NCBI GenBank assembly: GCA_002189035.1
Contig: CM007990.1
Span: 2,852,001-2,916,000 of the forward strand
Reading direction: 5' to 3'
Length of the DNA stretch: 64,000 nucleotides
From: Utricularia gibba
Taxonomy: Eukaryota; Plantae; Magnoliophyta
The position numbers and the translations under genes were made by a program. Under the pieces are notes generated by a model. That model did no database searches. It saw only the letters and a list, made by a program, of their open reading frames with translations, and had not been told where the DNA came from. Shown piece by piece: positions 38,079 through 51,277 of the stretch (positions are counted from its first letter, which is position 1; each line of letters opens with the position of its first letter).

Positions 38079-39953
38079 GAGCGTGTTTGGTTGTTGGGTT
38101 TAGGTGGGTTTAGGCTTTCGTTTGATTCGTGAGTTTCAGGCGGTTAAAAATAAACCCATCTGTTGACTATAAACCTGGCGGGAACCCGCCAAGCTGGGTT
38201 TAGCTAAACCCATGGGGAGAGGTCGGTTTAGCTAAACTGTTGGGTTTCTCATAGACATCGTATGTCTCAAAAGTAGCGGAATTTTAAAATTTTGAGAAAC
38301 CCCCAACGCGGATCTTGGAATACAGTATACATCAGATATAGGGATGTTCAAAGTATCTTTCAGATGACTCCGATGTTCACCAACCGCCAATAGCAGACGG
38401 CCTCTATGGTATCCACATGTGGAGCACTCCGTCGATAACCTTTTCAAGGCTCTTGAATGTTGGTCGAATTTCTCAGGTGCTAGTAGAGAAAAACGCCTCC
38501 TTGTGGATTAGTCTCAGAGAGCAAGAAGACCTTGGAGCAGATCTCAAGATTTAAATCTTTTTGATAGATATTTTGTGACATATCAAATCATATCTATATG
38601 AGATCTTTTATTTTGAGTTTAATCTATATTAATCTCAAAATAATTCTCTATTTAATTTATCCACTTTGCCAATTACATCTCATGTAATTGTTTCATTCTA
38701 TTTTATATCGATGAGTGACTCTACTATTGTGTGTGACCCTATAGGCTTCTTCAACCAAGGCCGTAATAATGGATTTATTAATTAACTCTTAATTAATCAA
38801 ATCCATCATTATCGATCATGAGTGATGTCTAGCAATATATCATGATCCCCAAGATTAAAGAATAATCAGATGAACTGATTGAGCCTTTCCATGACCAGCC
38901 ACCATGCAATGAATAGCTTTCGTCATACTTATATCTCATTCGATACCAGAACATGGGTGTGTGTCTTTCTGATGTATCGAACTTATAATTGCATTCAAGC
39001 ACTAACACTCAATGACCTACTCAAACAATTCAAGTGTCATTACCCTGGGCCCAGGATTTACTGTTAGGCTTTGATGCAATTACTTGAAATATGATCTCAT
39101 CGCTAACATGAGTGATGAATCCTTTATTGATCAATCAACTATCTCCAACCTTAAGGAGTCACATCCCTACTCATCCATACTAGGCAAGCCATGGTTAGGC
39201 TCCCATTAGCAATGAACAAAAATGTGAGCTTAAGATCAAGATAATTTTGTTGACCTTAAGTCTAAGCTTACTTGCACGGCTGTCATATTCGAGATCTTGC
39301 TACTGATACTTGGTTAGCTTCTCATAGTAGCATCTCAAAGATGAATCATCCAGTGAATTGATTCTCTAATCGACACCCACACATAGGTTCTAGTAATCTC
39401 ATTACGTCAATTGTGATAACCATTGCCTAAACTGTTTAGGGAACTCAATGTGTACCATCTTATCCGTATTTGTGATATTCTCATTTCACAAACACTCAAG
39501 CCAGGGATATTTTAACTTGAACATAAATTCTTGAAGAATCTCACATTATGATCTCAACATAATTTCTATAGCACATATATCAAGTAGAGGATTTTATCAA
39601 TGATGTAAACTTGATCACAATTCAAGGTAAACATCAAAGGATAAAATTATAAAATCAAGGTAAACGTGATTTATGCTATACGGTGCTCGATTGAACTTAT
39701 AAAATGATATAGAAAAATAAAATATGTGATAATTTATTTTAATTAACTAAAGGTTATATTGGTAATTTCATATAAAAATCTTTACAAACCCAATTTTATA
39801 CCCATGTACCAAACGTATATTAGTCTTAAACACAAATTACTTAAACCCATCAACCAAACATGAATTATACCCTTTAAACCCATAAAATCAGGTTATCTAA
39901 ACCCAAATAAACTAAACCTAGGTTTAGATGAGACTCAGCAACCAAACGCACCC
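38079..39953. mobile_element. PIF/Harbinger (Tourist-like) element in the RNase H/RT region of copia D
   Basis: Ends GAGCGTGTTTGGTTG...CAACCAAACGCACCC; 3-bp TSD TAG (38076-38078, 39954-39956). Confidence 0.8.
38238..39650 (-). mobile_element. Angela-type copia solo LTR (about 1.4 kb, one end eroded) inside the Tourist-like element
   Basis: Inverted homologue of the LTR at 58420-59150; starts TGTTGGGTTTCTC; no PBS or PPT adjacent. Confidence 0.8.
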
Positions 39954-41381
39954 TAGTAGATTTTATATACCTGAAAGCTCTTTTCACAGCTGCCATGTGA
40001 GTTGTTGGTTTGTGGAGGAAGCGAGATAAGACATTTACACAAAAACACAGGTCATGCGTTGTATGCTCGAGATAGATGAGGTTTCGAATCATACTTTTAT
40101 ATGTAGTGACATCCACATTTCTTCCATGGTTGATTTCTCCAATTACCTATTTTTAATCTAGTAGAGTTTTTGAAGGATTGACATCTTTGAACCCAAACCT
40201 TTCAAGGAGTTCATTACAACACTTCTTCTAAGATATGAAAGTTCTAACACCTATACGTTGATGAATTTCCATGCCTTAATAGTAGGACATCATTCCAAGT
40301 TCAGTCATCTTGAATTAATTTTTGAGTAGAGCTTTAAATTCTTCAATCTTCTTTTCATCAACTGAGGTAATCATAAGGTCATCCACATATAGGCTAACAA
40401 ATAAACAATCATCTCCCTTTCCTTTAACATATAATGAGTAATCACTATATGTTTTTCTGAAACCAATACCCTGGAGAAAGTTATCCATGCGTTCATTCCA
40501 TGTTCTAGGAGCTTGCTTCAACCCATAGAGAGATTTCTTTAGCTTCAATACCTTGTCTTCATGACCTGACACTTCGAAGCACTTTGGTTGTTCAACAAAA
40601 ACAACCTCCTCCAACACACCATTCAAGAACGCAGTCTTGACATCCATGTGATGCACTTTCCATCCATGAGCAGCTGAAATGGCAAGAAGTACGTTAATCG
40701 TGTCAAATCTTGCTACTGGTGCAAAAATCTCATGAAAATTTATTCCTTTGATTTGACTATATCCCTTGGCTACTAATCTAGTCTTATATTTGTTAATAGA
40801 GCCATTTGCATTCATCTTGGTTTTGAATAACCACTTGAACCCAATAGGCTTGAAACCCCTATCCTTGGGTCTATCAACTAATTCTCAGTTTTCATTTTCA
40901 AGTATAGAATTCATTTCTTCTTCCATGGCAGCTCTCCATTACGGATTTTTTACAGCCACTTCAAATGATGTTGGATATCCTGTCAATAGTCCAGCCAAAA
41001 TATCAGCTACAACCTCTTGAACATCATCATTCAACTTAGAGAAATTTATTGTAGGAGCCTTGTTTCTTTTGCTTCGTCTTATGTCAATAACATGATTATC
41101 GTTATTATCTATTGATTGTCTCATGTTTGTACAGTCCCTTCCTTGCCAATCAAAATCAGATGGGTAATAATTCTCATCATTAGTATCAAGTTCCTCTCCA
41201 TCAGAGTCATCGATTGACAAATCATCTGCATTCGTGCCTTGCTCCTCTTTTGGGAGTTCGAGATTCCTATCTGAATATTGATCATTGGCCTGATGTGATT
41301 GTCCATATAAGGGTTTCGAGATTGATTCTGAATTCTCATTAGATGATTCGTCTTCATTTGTGACCTTCTCCTCTTCTGGAG

Positions 41382-41990
41382 TGATGCGCCCCAGGAAGAT
41401 AATGAAGTGTATTTAAAGAATGATGACGAGTTTGTCCAAGTGAACACATTAGAGACAAAGATCGTTCCACTAGGACCAATGACTAGGAGTAAGAGCAAGA
41501 TGCTTGAAGATACAGTTAAGGCTCCACTCAATACTATTGGAATCAAACATGGGTTTGAAGACATCCCATCAAAAGAGTTCAACTACTTGAAGGTGGATTT
41601 ACCTTAGAGCATTGAGCTTTTTAAACTTTTCTATTTCATTTAGTTTGGGCCAAATAATGTTAGAACCCAATCCTAGAGTATAAATACTCTAGAGATGTAT
41701 TCTTTCAGGACCTTTTTTTTAATTCATTTCATGTATGTTGTGAGGATTCTACTCTTCTTTGAGTGCTTGAACACTCTTGACTTATCAAGCTTTGACCTTG
41801 TGTCGTCCTAGGATTATCATTTTCAATCCCTTCTTTTTTCTGAAGTGTGGCTCCTAATTTTCTTTGTTTCGAAGTCTAGTTGCAAGAGATTTATTCTCTT
41901 GGGGGTAGACTTGGGTGGGTTACTTTCAAAGCTTCAAAATCACCTCTTGTTCGTGGGTTGCTAATCTCTATAGATTAGAAGGTCACATCA
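41382..41990 (+). mobile_element. CRM-type solo LTR (subfamily H, 609 bp)
   Basis: TGATG...CATCA termini, perfect TSD TGGAG, encodes GPMTRSK. Confidence 0.95.
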
Positions 41991-43115
41991 TGGAGGTGGG
42001 AAATTCTAATCTGAATACTAATCATTTACTTGATTTGAATATTCATGTAAGAGTTCTGAGGTTGATTTTTTGTTCTCATTCACATGTATATGTTCAATTC
42101 CATCTTTAGTTTCTTGGTTTGTTGAATTCCTAAAAGAGATGTTTTGAGGTATATTTGTCTAAAGGTCACCTTTCACTTGAGTGTTATGCCCTCAAAGATT
42201 TTTATGAGCTTCTATATCATTTGGAGAAAGGCAATCATCAATTAAAGTACTTTGCACCTTTATCAAAAGAGACATCATGACTAAAGATAAATTTCTTCTG
42301 GTCAGGTATATAAACTTTATATCTCTTGGTAGTGTTGCTATAACCAACAAATACACTAGATACTGATTTCTTATCAAGTTTTCCTCGTTTTTGATTTGGT
42401 ACATGAGTAAAAAACAAACTACCAAAGATTTTGAGATGATCAACTTTTTTAATATAATCATGCCATTTTTCATGGATATTATTTTCACAAATCACCCTTG
42501 ATGTAAGCAAGTTCAATAGATATACATACATAGATACCCCTTCAGCCCAGAAATTTATAGGAAAATCTTTCTCAAACAATAGGCATCTTGACATATCAAG
42601 AATTGTTCTGTTTCTCTTTTCACATATACCATTCTGTTGTGGGGAATATGGTACTGTGAATTGATGAATGATTCCTTCATTTTCACAGAACATTCACATT
42701 CTAAGGAGCTTCCACTCTGATTTTAAGTCATCACTTTGAATAAAAAAATATGATGAACTTTTGGGTTGCTTTTAAGAAAATAACCCAACAATACCATGAG
42801 TAATCATTAATGAATGTATCAAAATGGTCCACAAACATCTGCATGCACAAGTTTTAATTTCTCTTTTACTACTTAATCGCTAGAATAAAATGACTTTCTA
42901 CACTATTTACCTGGATGGCGTACTTCACATATGGCATCAGCAAACTTGATGCCATTCAATTCCAATACTTCATTATTTTTCTGCAATATTTTCAGAGTAT
43001 TAAAGTTATATCCAAAACATTTGTGCCAAAGGCTACTTTGATCCTAAAGTTAGAAAATACAACTCTTTTGATCACTGACCCTGATTTGGTAGAGGTTAAA
43101 GGTGGTCAACACAAT

Positions 43116-45031
43116 ATGGAATTCAATCTTCGTTTTTGGATCAGCAACCTTAACTGTAGTGGTTATACCACCAGCATCTTTCATCAGCTCAATGTAAAAA
43201 CCTTGCCTGCTCAATTGGCCAAAGCTCAACAGGTTCTGTTTGAGGTTTGGTGAATAATAAACATCATCAACTTGAACAATTCCTTCTTTTAGCAAGAGTA
43301 AAATGCTTCCTTTGCCCACAATGCCAATATTTTCACCAGTGCACGTGCTTACCTCCTTCCCAATCCTTTCAAGCTTGAGAAATGACCTTGTATCACAACA
43401 TACATGATAGGAGGCGCCAGAGTCCAAGTACCAGCCTTTAGCATCTGAGGCTACTATCATTAGTGCACACTCATACTCAAAAGGATCTTCAAAAGATATT
43501 TCTGTCTCATCTTCAAAGTAGGTAAAGGATGCATGTGATTTCTCTTCCCTGGAAGTAGCCTTCTTGTTATGCTCAACTTTTATTGGATTTGACATTCCAC
43601 ATACCTTGTCAAGACGGCCTCTTTGATTGCATTTCGTGCACAAAGCATCAGGCTTCCACCAACAAAACTCACTCCTGTGATTCTGTTTGTTACAATGCTT
43701 GCAAGCATTTGTGCTTAAAGTCCAACAATCTTCACTCTTATGGTTGGATTTGTCACAATGCCTGCACTTCTAATTGCCCATCGTTGATGTGGGGATTGAC
43801 GTTGGTGATTGTTTGATGGCTGTTGATTTGACATCCTTGACATTGTTAATTGCACCTGAGTTTATATTCATATTCTGCATTTTGGTGAGGAGAGCAGCTT
43901 CACCATAAGTTTTCTCAACTTCATAACCATCTCGTAGCTCCAATCTCTTTTCTGTAGATTGCAACTCAATCATGAACTCTCTAAATGTTGGCTCTGGTGT
44001 AACAGGATATTCAGGATATAACTGATGGAGCTTTCCTTCAATAATGTCAAGGATTTTTCTTTCTGTCTCAAGTGCACATAACTTTGGCTCGAATCTTGTA
44101 GGTAGGCTCATGATTGCCTTGCTAATCACCTTTTGATCCTCAAGTTTTTCCCCCAATCCTCGAATCTCCTTCACAAGCTTCGCAGTACGTTCATAATAGA
44201 CTTGTATGGTTTCATTGTCTAATATTTTGTTCCTCTCAAAGTCCTCCAGCTTGTTTTTGCATAATATTTCTCTCAGTTTGGCATCACCTTCATAATGGGA
44301 TTTGAGAGTATCCCATATTTCTTTTGCTGATTGACACTTTGCAATATCATCAAATAGATGTTCAGAGATGGCTTGATACAAGGCATCCATTGCTTCATCT
44401 TTTCTCTATTGAAGATATTCAGCTTCCTCTTGCTGTTCTGATGTGGATTTGCTTGTTATTGTAATCGTCGGAATCTCCCTTTCAACAACATCCCAAATCT
44501 TTCTGACCCGCAGGTAGCTGCGCATCTTTTTGACCCAGCTTCCATACTCTGAACCATCAAATATTGGAGGTCCTCTACCAGATGCCATCATAGCCACCGC
44601 TTGAAAAGCTTTGGGTTGATACTTTGTAATCCACCAAGTAAAAAACGCTGAACGGTAAATAAAATACTGAAACGAGCACAGGTTTGAGAACCTTACTGCT
44701 CTGATACCATGTTGATGCAAGAAAAAGAGAGTCTTGGGAAGTAACAAAAAGGTAATGCTTCTGAGATCACCTTGGATGAAAAATGACTCATAAACAATAA
44801 GAATGACCAAAACCCTCACTCACACGCATTCCTAGTAGGGTTTATATATACCCAATATCTAGGTTACCCAACAGTGGGCCACAATTATTGAAAACACACA
44901 AAAAGCCCAACAACTCGAATCCAACACTTCCATGCTCGAACTCAACACCTTTTATCTGAAATATAACATTATGACACAAGATTAGTGCTTCCAATCACCT
45001 TCAAACTTTGGATTGAGGCTGGTCTCCAACA
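43116..45031 (-). mobile_element. Ty1/copia copy E: young 5' half (LTR, PBS, gag, protease) fused to the 3' half of D
   Basis: LTR at 44710-45031, PBS complement at 44698-44709, gag ATG at 44591. Nearly identical to A down to about 43116, then abruptly old-type sequence. Confidence 0.88.
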
Positions 45032-46290
45032 AGATAGAACTGAGTTTATATTCATATTCTGCATATTGGTGAGGAGAGCAGATTTACCATAAGTTTTGTC
45101 AACTTCATAACAATCTCTTAGTTCCAATCTCTCTTTTGTAAATTGCAACTCAATCATGAACTCTCTAAATGTTGGCTCTCGTGTAACTTGATATTCAATA
45201 TACAGCATCCCAAATCTCTCTAAATGAAGCATCTGTTGCTTCATTTTTTCTCTGTTGAAGATAATCAGCTTCCTCTTGCTGTTCTGATGTAGATTTACTT
45301 TTTAATGCAATAGCCGGTATCTCCCTTTCAACAGCATCCCAAATCTTTCTAACTTGAAGGTAGCCACGCATCTTTTTTACCCAACTTCCATACACAGAAC
45401 CATTAAATATTGGAGATCCCCTACTAGATGCAAGAAAGATAGAGTTTTGGGAAGGAGCAAAGGGATAATGTTTATGAGATCACGTTGGATGAAAAACGAC
45501 TCATAAACAATAACAATGACCAAAAACCTAATGCTCACGAGTTCCTAGTGGGTTATATATACTCAATATCTAGTTTACCCAAAAATGGGCCACAATCAAT
45601 AAAAACACACATAAAAGCCCAATAATAGAGCCCAACACTTTTTAACTGAAACATGATTTCATGACACAAGATTAATGCTTCCAATCACCTTCAAGCTTTC
45701 GATTGAGGCTGATCTCTAACACTAACTTGCCGATTCGAGATTTCCATGTCGACCCGTGAGGGTCGGGCTCGTGCCTAGGTCTGCCCAACATCCAAAATTG
45801 ATGAATGCTTGAATGGAACCCAATAACAAGCATGGGAACCCATCATAGAATTAAATGGAAAAATAAAGAAAAGCTTGTCAGCCAATTGACCCTTCCAAGG
45901 GAACAATAGCCAATTTTTCTCGTTGATGATTATCACTCCTCTGATGTGTCAGACCTAACGGCTAGTTGAAAGGGGAAAACCATCTTTGTAAAATTCTAGT
46001 GCAATTATATAAGACAGGAAATAAGGGGTTCAAAGGACTTCTAGCCATTTTTTAGAGAGAGAACAAGCAATAGAGAAAAGGGAAAGCCACGCAAAAGAAT
46101 ATTTAAGAACACCTTAAGCTTTCATAGTGAAAAATCATTTCTCCGAGTGTGTTAGCACCTTAAGCTTTCATTACTTGCTGTATTACTCTATCATGTGGTC
46201 ATAACATACTTTCCTAACTCTGTTGGAAATATTTGTAAATAAGAAGATACTATATTTGTAATCTATATCACAATTAGGTATAGGGTAAAA

Positions 46291-47425
46291 TGACCAGATT
46301 ATGCATGCCACATATAAAGACAATGAAGAAAGGACACAAATCCTTCTAGCATTTAACTTGGGCCACTAAGAATATCAAGAGCATGAAAGTACTAAGAACT
46401 CCACAAGGTATTATAGGCCAATCAAGAAAACCATGAAGATATGGTTTGTAAGGATATTCATTCTTTGAGGGCCTTCTTCTTATTTTCTTAAGGGATCATT
46501 TCATTTGAAACCCAAGATATGGTTTGTCAAACACTTGTTGTTTGAAGGGTTGTATTAGGTGGTATCAGAGCCAATTTTTCCCTTAGTCTTCTATCTTCAA
46601 TCCGAAAAAAAAAAAAAAACATTTGAAACCCTTTTGGTTTGCATATCTTATCTTTTGGTGTTGGTTAAATCAAAACCAAAAGGGTCCTTTATTTTCACTT
46701 CTTGCATTGTGCTCTTCCTTTCGCTAAAAAAAGAAAAATACGTGTTAAAGGGAGAGATAAGGTTGGGAACCTAAATCCATTCAATTTTCTACTTCCCAAA
46801 CAATGGAAGAGTCAATTTTTTTCATGACTTTCAGAAGTATAGGTCTCCAATGTCAGAAAAATTCCAATTTTCTAATGTGAAGGGCCATCCTCTTATCCAA
46901 TACAAAAAGCAAGTCATTTTTTTATCTCATTGTCAATTACATCATACCTCTTTTATCTATTGTAAAAAGTAATTTCAATCTTCAATCTTTTCAATTGTCT
47001 CCCTATCTATTTTGTGCTAATCACATCAAGTTTCATTCTATCCCTCCTTTAATACTCTTACTGGGCCTTTATTATTTTTTATCATCCAAATCCAACGTTG
47101 CTCATTGCTTTTATCTGACTGAATTACCTCAGCCGTACTTATCTCTCTAAACCACACTTAGATTGATTTTGAGTCAAGAGGACTTGAGGTTTAGAGAATC
47201 TTTCTTTCTCTTTCTTGTATCTTTTATGTCTTTGTTCTATTTCTTTTATTTTTTTCATCTACAATCTTTTTTTGTTAGTAGAATGTCGAGGTGTGTAACT
47301 ACCCTGCAGAAGAACCGAGTGCTATTGATGTAGGTTTCGTGCTCAATGAAATGCAAAGTGAGTTCAAGTGATTACACACATAAAACTAAAGGAACATAAA
47401 ACTAAAGGAACATGAAGAATCTCTC
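46291..47425 (+). mobile_element. CRM-type 5' LTR (internally deleted), PBS, leader and start of gag
   Basis: LTR ends GGGTTGTATTA at 46557, PBS TGGTATCAGAGC at 46560-46571. Gag start at about 47283, homologous to 61811. Confidence 0.8.
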
Positions 47426-47429
47426 AATT

Positions 47430-48130
47430 ACTCTTCTGTTATTTGTCTATCTTAACATGGTGTTAGAAGTGGCGTTCATCACATAATGGATCCATAGCTT
47501 ATTCTTGATTGCAATGTTCGATTCTTGTTCAAGTCTGAAACTTTTTCGAGTCTTCAAGTGGTAATGTCGACATCTTCAACCTCTTTTGGTTTGTCCATTC
47601 CAGGGTTTTTGACATAGGTTTCACCGATCAAGTTGAATGCCACAAATTATGTTGTGTGGCAGAATTTAATGTGGACTTTTCTTGCTTGGCAATGATGAGC
47701 CAGTTATATGTATGGTTTTGTTCATGCTCCAAAGAAATTTGTTCCCTCTCAATCTACTATAGAAGGAAACACTTCAGATTAAACGACAATCTGAGTATTC
47801 TCAGTTTTTAAAATGAAGTTCATAACTTGTGCAATCAATTGGAGTTAGTTGGTGAGGATATTCAATCTCATGATAAAGTGATGTACTTTACTAAAGGCCT
47901 ACTTGTTTATTATCAGGAAACGATCTTGGCTCTACATCTACAACAACCTCTACCGCCTTTTCACTTCGTTATTTTGGTGTTTCTTTAGTTTGAGCAACAT
48001 CATAAATCTAGGAAGCCCAAATTAGTTTCAACTACTGATGAAAATGCCACAGTATTAGTGGTCATGGTGGTGGCTGTAATTTTTTGTAAAAAAATTATAG
48101 TTATTCAAATCAATATTCTGGTGCAACATG
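47430..48130 (+). mobile_element. Copia (Ale/RE1-like) 5' fragment with tRNA-Leu-type PBS and decayed gag
   Basis: ...TTAACA followed by TGGTGTTAGAAGTGG (47458-47472); SPIKLNATNYVVWQ at about 47620-47665. Confidence 0.6.
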
Positions 48131-48133
48131 GGG

Positions 48134-49640
48134 TGATACGACTCTCCAAACAACAAGTGTTTGGAAAACCAATCTTGGGTTTCAAATGAAACAATCCTTC
48201 AAGAAGAGAAGAAGTTGGCCTTCAAGAAATATCCTTGCAATCCAAACTATGAGATTGGTACCACACTCACACAACATGGAAGGAAATGGGAGTGATAAAC
48301 CACACTACTAACTACCAGCAAAGCTTGATAAGTATAAAGTTCTATAAAAACTTCAAGAAGCATCATTGCTCTAAAAAGACATTACAATCAAAGTTGATTT
48401 CCAAACAAGAGTGAGGCCCTTCTTAAATAAGTATAGAAATAGGTCTACTAGTGAACTAGGAAGTGATGGCCCAACATTACTCAACTTAATCCAATTTGAG
48501 AAAGTTGTACTCAATGCCATAAGATTCATGGTTTTCTTGATTGGCCCATAATGACTTCAAAAACTCTTGATTCTTTTGAACTCTTGATCTAGTGATGTGT
48601 TCAAGTAACATTGTAGGAGGCATGGTGTTCTTCTTCTCTTCATTTTCATTGTCTATATTTGTAACATCCGTAATCTCATATGGCTCCATTCTTTTAGCAG
48701 ATTCATCCTTGAATCATCATTATCTACATCACAAAGAATCAAATCAGCCATCTAATATTTGATGCATACTCTTTGTTTTTAGCATCCCGTTGGCTTTAAA
48801 CGTCCTCTCGAAGTGTTCTAATGGCATTTTCTCTCTTAGCGCCATCAATGTTATGAAATTCATCAAATGGTAGTAGAAATAAGTGTATAGGAGCATGAGG
48901 ATTAAAGGCCTAGGCAATTTCAAAAGGAGATCAACGTGTAGAAGAATTTATACAACTCAACATGAGGCAAGCAATCTTCCCATGTTCTAATGTTCTTTTT
49001 TATGAAGGCAAGATGTAATGTAGATCGAGTTAAGTTTTTTACCTCAGTTTATTCATCCATTTGAGGATGAAAAGTGGTAGAGAAAAGGAGATTTGTTCCC
49101 AACTTACTCCAAAGTGTGTCCCAGAAGTGGCTGAGAAATTTGTTGTCTTGATTACTTACAATGGTGAATGAGTTTGCAATATGGGAAGCATCATCAGTCT
49201 TGTGGCAAGGGATGAAATATGCCATTTTTGAGAACCAGTCAACTACTACAAATATGTGATCCTTTCCCTTTAAAGTCCTTGGTAAACTTAAAACAAAATC
49301 AATAGAAAGGTCAATCTAAGGGTGAATAGGGGTAGGAAGAGGAGTCTACAATAGAAGTTTTGTTGCAGCATGTCCAATGTTTTGATGACCCCAAAATATC
49401 CAATAAGTTCTCCACCTTGTGCCTCCTTCACTAACAAATCTCGAATGTAACATTGTGGAATACATAATCAGCTCACAAGAAATATAAGGAAAGTTATCAA
49501 TGAACTCCACCCATCTTGCATGTCTTGAGAATTCGTTAACTCTTGACATGCCTCAAATTTTCATTGTTTGTATGGATAACAAATGCCTTGTACCTAGTTT
49601 TTCACTAAAGTATGCAATGGGACGCCCCCCTTGCATTAGA
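48134..49640 (-). mobile_element. CRM-type RNase H/integrase and 3' LTR (decayed)
   Basis: LTR at about 48134-48682 with ITRSR motif; INT/RH inverted-homologous to 21300-22750. Confidence 0.8.
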
Positions 49641-49699
49641 ACATCACCTATTCAAACACTAATAGTATCACATTCAATTTCAAATGTATTAGAAAAATC

Positions 49700-51129
49700 A
49701 GATAATGCAAATAAAGGAGGTAAGCAATCTTAGCTCTTGTGCTTTTCCCCAACAAAATTGAAATTTTTTTTGATAATGTCATCCAATGGTGCTGAAAGTC
49801 TGCTGAAATGAGCAACCATGAAATGGGTTTCATGCCTCGAATTTGCTTGGATGTATAAGCACAGTCATCAATCTCTATGAACTCTGTCAAACTCCATTCT
49901 TTTCACATGTCTTAACTCATCCAAGAAGAACCTATCGTGCAACACAACCTCTATATTATTCACACATAGTAGCCATACCATTCACCTCATTATCATCATT
50001 GCTCCTCCATCGTGCAGCAGCGTTTCCGTGGAAATGGTTCTCATACCCTTTGGTGATTGTTTCACCTGAAAATTCGTTTCTAGCCTCTGAATCAAGCCTT
50101 TGGCCACCTAGAAAAGTCGATCTGAAGGAACGCAAATATGGCGATGGAGAAGCCTTCAAGGTTTACTTTCAAAGGTTCCTAAAGTTTGTAAAACAATTCT
50201 AATGCGATGGGACACAGAAAATGAGTTCACTGAACAAAGGAATGCATGCAGTACTCCCCCATTCAGCCAAAGGTCTCGCTAGACATCACGCTGTTGAATG
50301 AGCATTCATTGATGTCAATTTTGACAAACCAAGAGCAAACACAAGGTAGCTAAAGCGAAGAAAAAAAACATGGAGAGAGCCATTGGATTAGAAAGAAAGA
50401 CAGGCAAGGGAAGGTTCTCTCCACATGAAAACGGTAAGTGCAGTTCCGGCTTCCAAGGAGGAAGAACACTTAGCATTCAATTTCGTTTCTGTTTTCATGG
50501 CCTTTTCGGGCTAAAAACCTTTAGTTTCTGGGAAGTAGATGAAGTTTCCTTCCAAGTCCTGAGCAATACACTCGATTCTTCGTTGTATTCAATTCGGATT
50601 CCGCATACTTCCACGCATCTTGTTGCAGTTTTTCTGTAACGACTCTTAGTCAAGGTCCATGAGTAGTAGGCCACTCCTTGCGGATTTTGGTGAAGATCAA
50701 GGTGAAAAGCACGAACTCCAACCTTGCCGGTTCGAGAGAAGTAGCAGATTGTTTGTGGTCTAGGTATCGCAACTGTGGAAAGGTTGTGACCTCGGACCTG
50801 CCACCGGCCATTGGCAACAGCTGGGTACATGCGCACAATTCGGTTTTGAATGCAATCGAAGGCAATCCTCTTGTCTTCCTAATCATCCAAGGGGGAATCA
50901 CATGAGGCTATTCCCGTGCCTCCTTGTCAATCAGAGTGTAAGGGAGAGTAGGCTATTCCTTGCTCCTATAACCAGCCATTCGGAAGAAATCAGTGAAAAC
51001 CGAGGCAAGGATGGACAAAGGAGATGAAATCTTATTCCCAAAAACTGAAATCCCGTAGTCAAGGCTCATCACTTAGGTTGTATCTTTCATTTCTGCATTC
51101 CACAAACCCCCTGTTACAAAACCGTGACA
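49700..51129 (-). mobile_element. Unclassified LTR-like sequence plus leader repeat
   Basis: Starts TGTCACGG on the minus strand at 51129; 49790-50060 is an inverted homologue of 22849-23040 and 24890-25150. Confidence 0.4.
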
Positions 51130-51259
51130 TTTTGTAGAAGTTCTTTACAAAACATTTTGGACAAAAAACTTCATGAGATCGATGCTCGTGCTACGCTCTT
51201 TAGTATTTTACGTATTAAATATTTAAAATTTGTTGAGTAAACGACACGAAACAAATTTT

Positions 51260-51277
51260 TGGTGCCGTTGCCGGGGA
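51260..51277 (+). promoter_or_regulatory. Primer-binding site (tRNA-Asp type) of the Athila element
   Basis: TGGTGCCGTTGCCGGGGA, 17/18 match to the recalled Athila PBS TGGCGCCGTTGCCGGGGA. Confidence 0.85.

Larger units (their letters stand above)
37287..45721 (-). mobile_element. Ty1/copia copy D (old), carrying several nested insertions
   Basis: 3' LTR at 37287-37551, 5' LTR at about 45427-45721. Perfect TSD CTAAC (37282-37286, 45722-45726). Decayed RH/RT/INT in between. Confidence 0.92.
33721..45790. mobile_element. Putative non-autonomous DNA transposon (about 3.6 kb net, hAT- or MULE-like), interrupted near its right end by copia D
   Basis: GC-rich GAGTTGGGG/GTCGACCC/ACTCG motif clusters occur at both ends (33721-33835; 37235-37286 plus 45722-45790) in direct and inverted orientation around a very AT-rich core. 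Terminal TIR and TSD not resolved. Confidence 0.45.

Noticed and set aside
50370-50905. Overlapping short ORFs as a viral (caulimovirid) insert
   Set aside because: No movement protein, capsid or RT motif recognised, and the ORFs sit in an LTR-like segment. BLASTX would be decisive.
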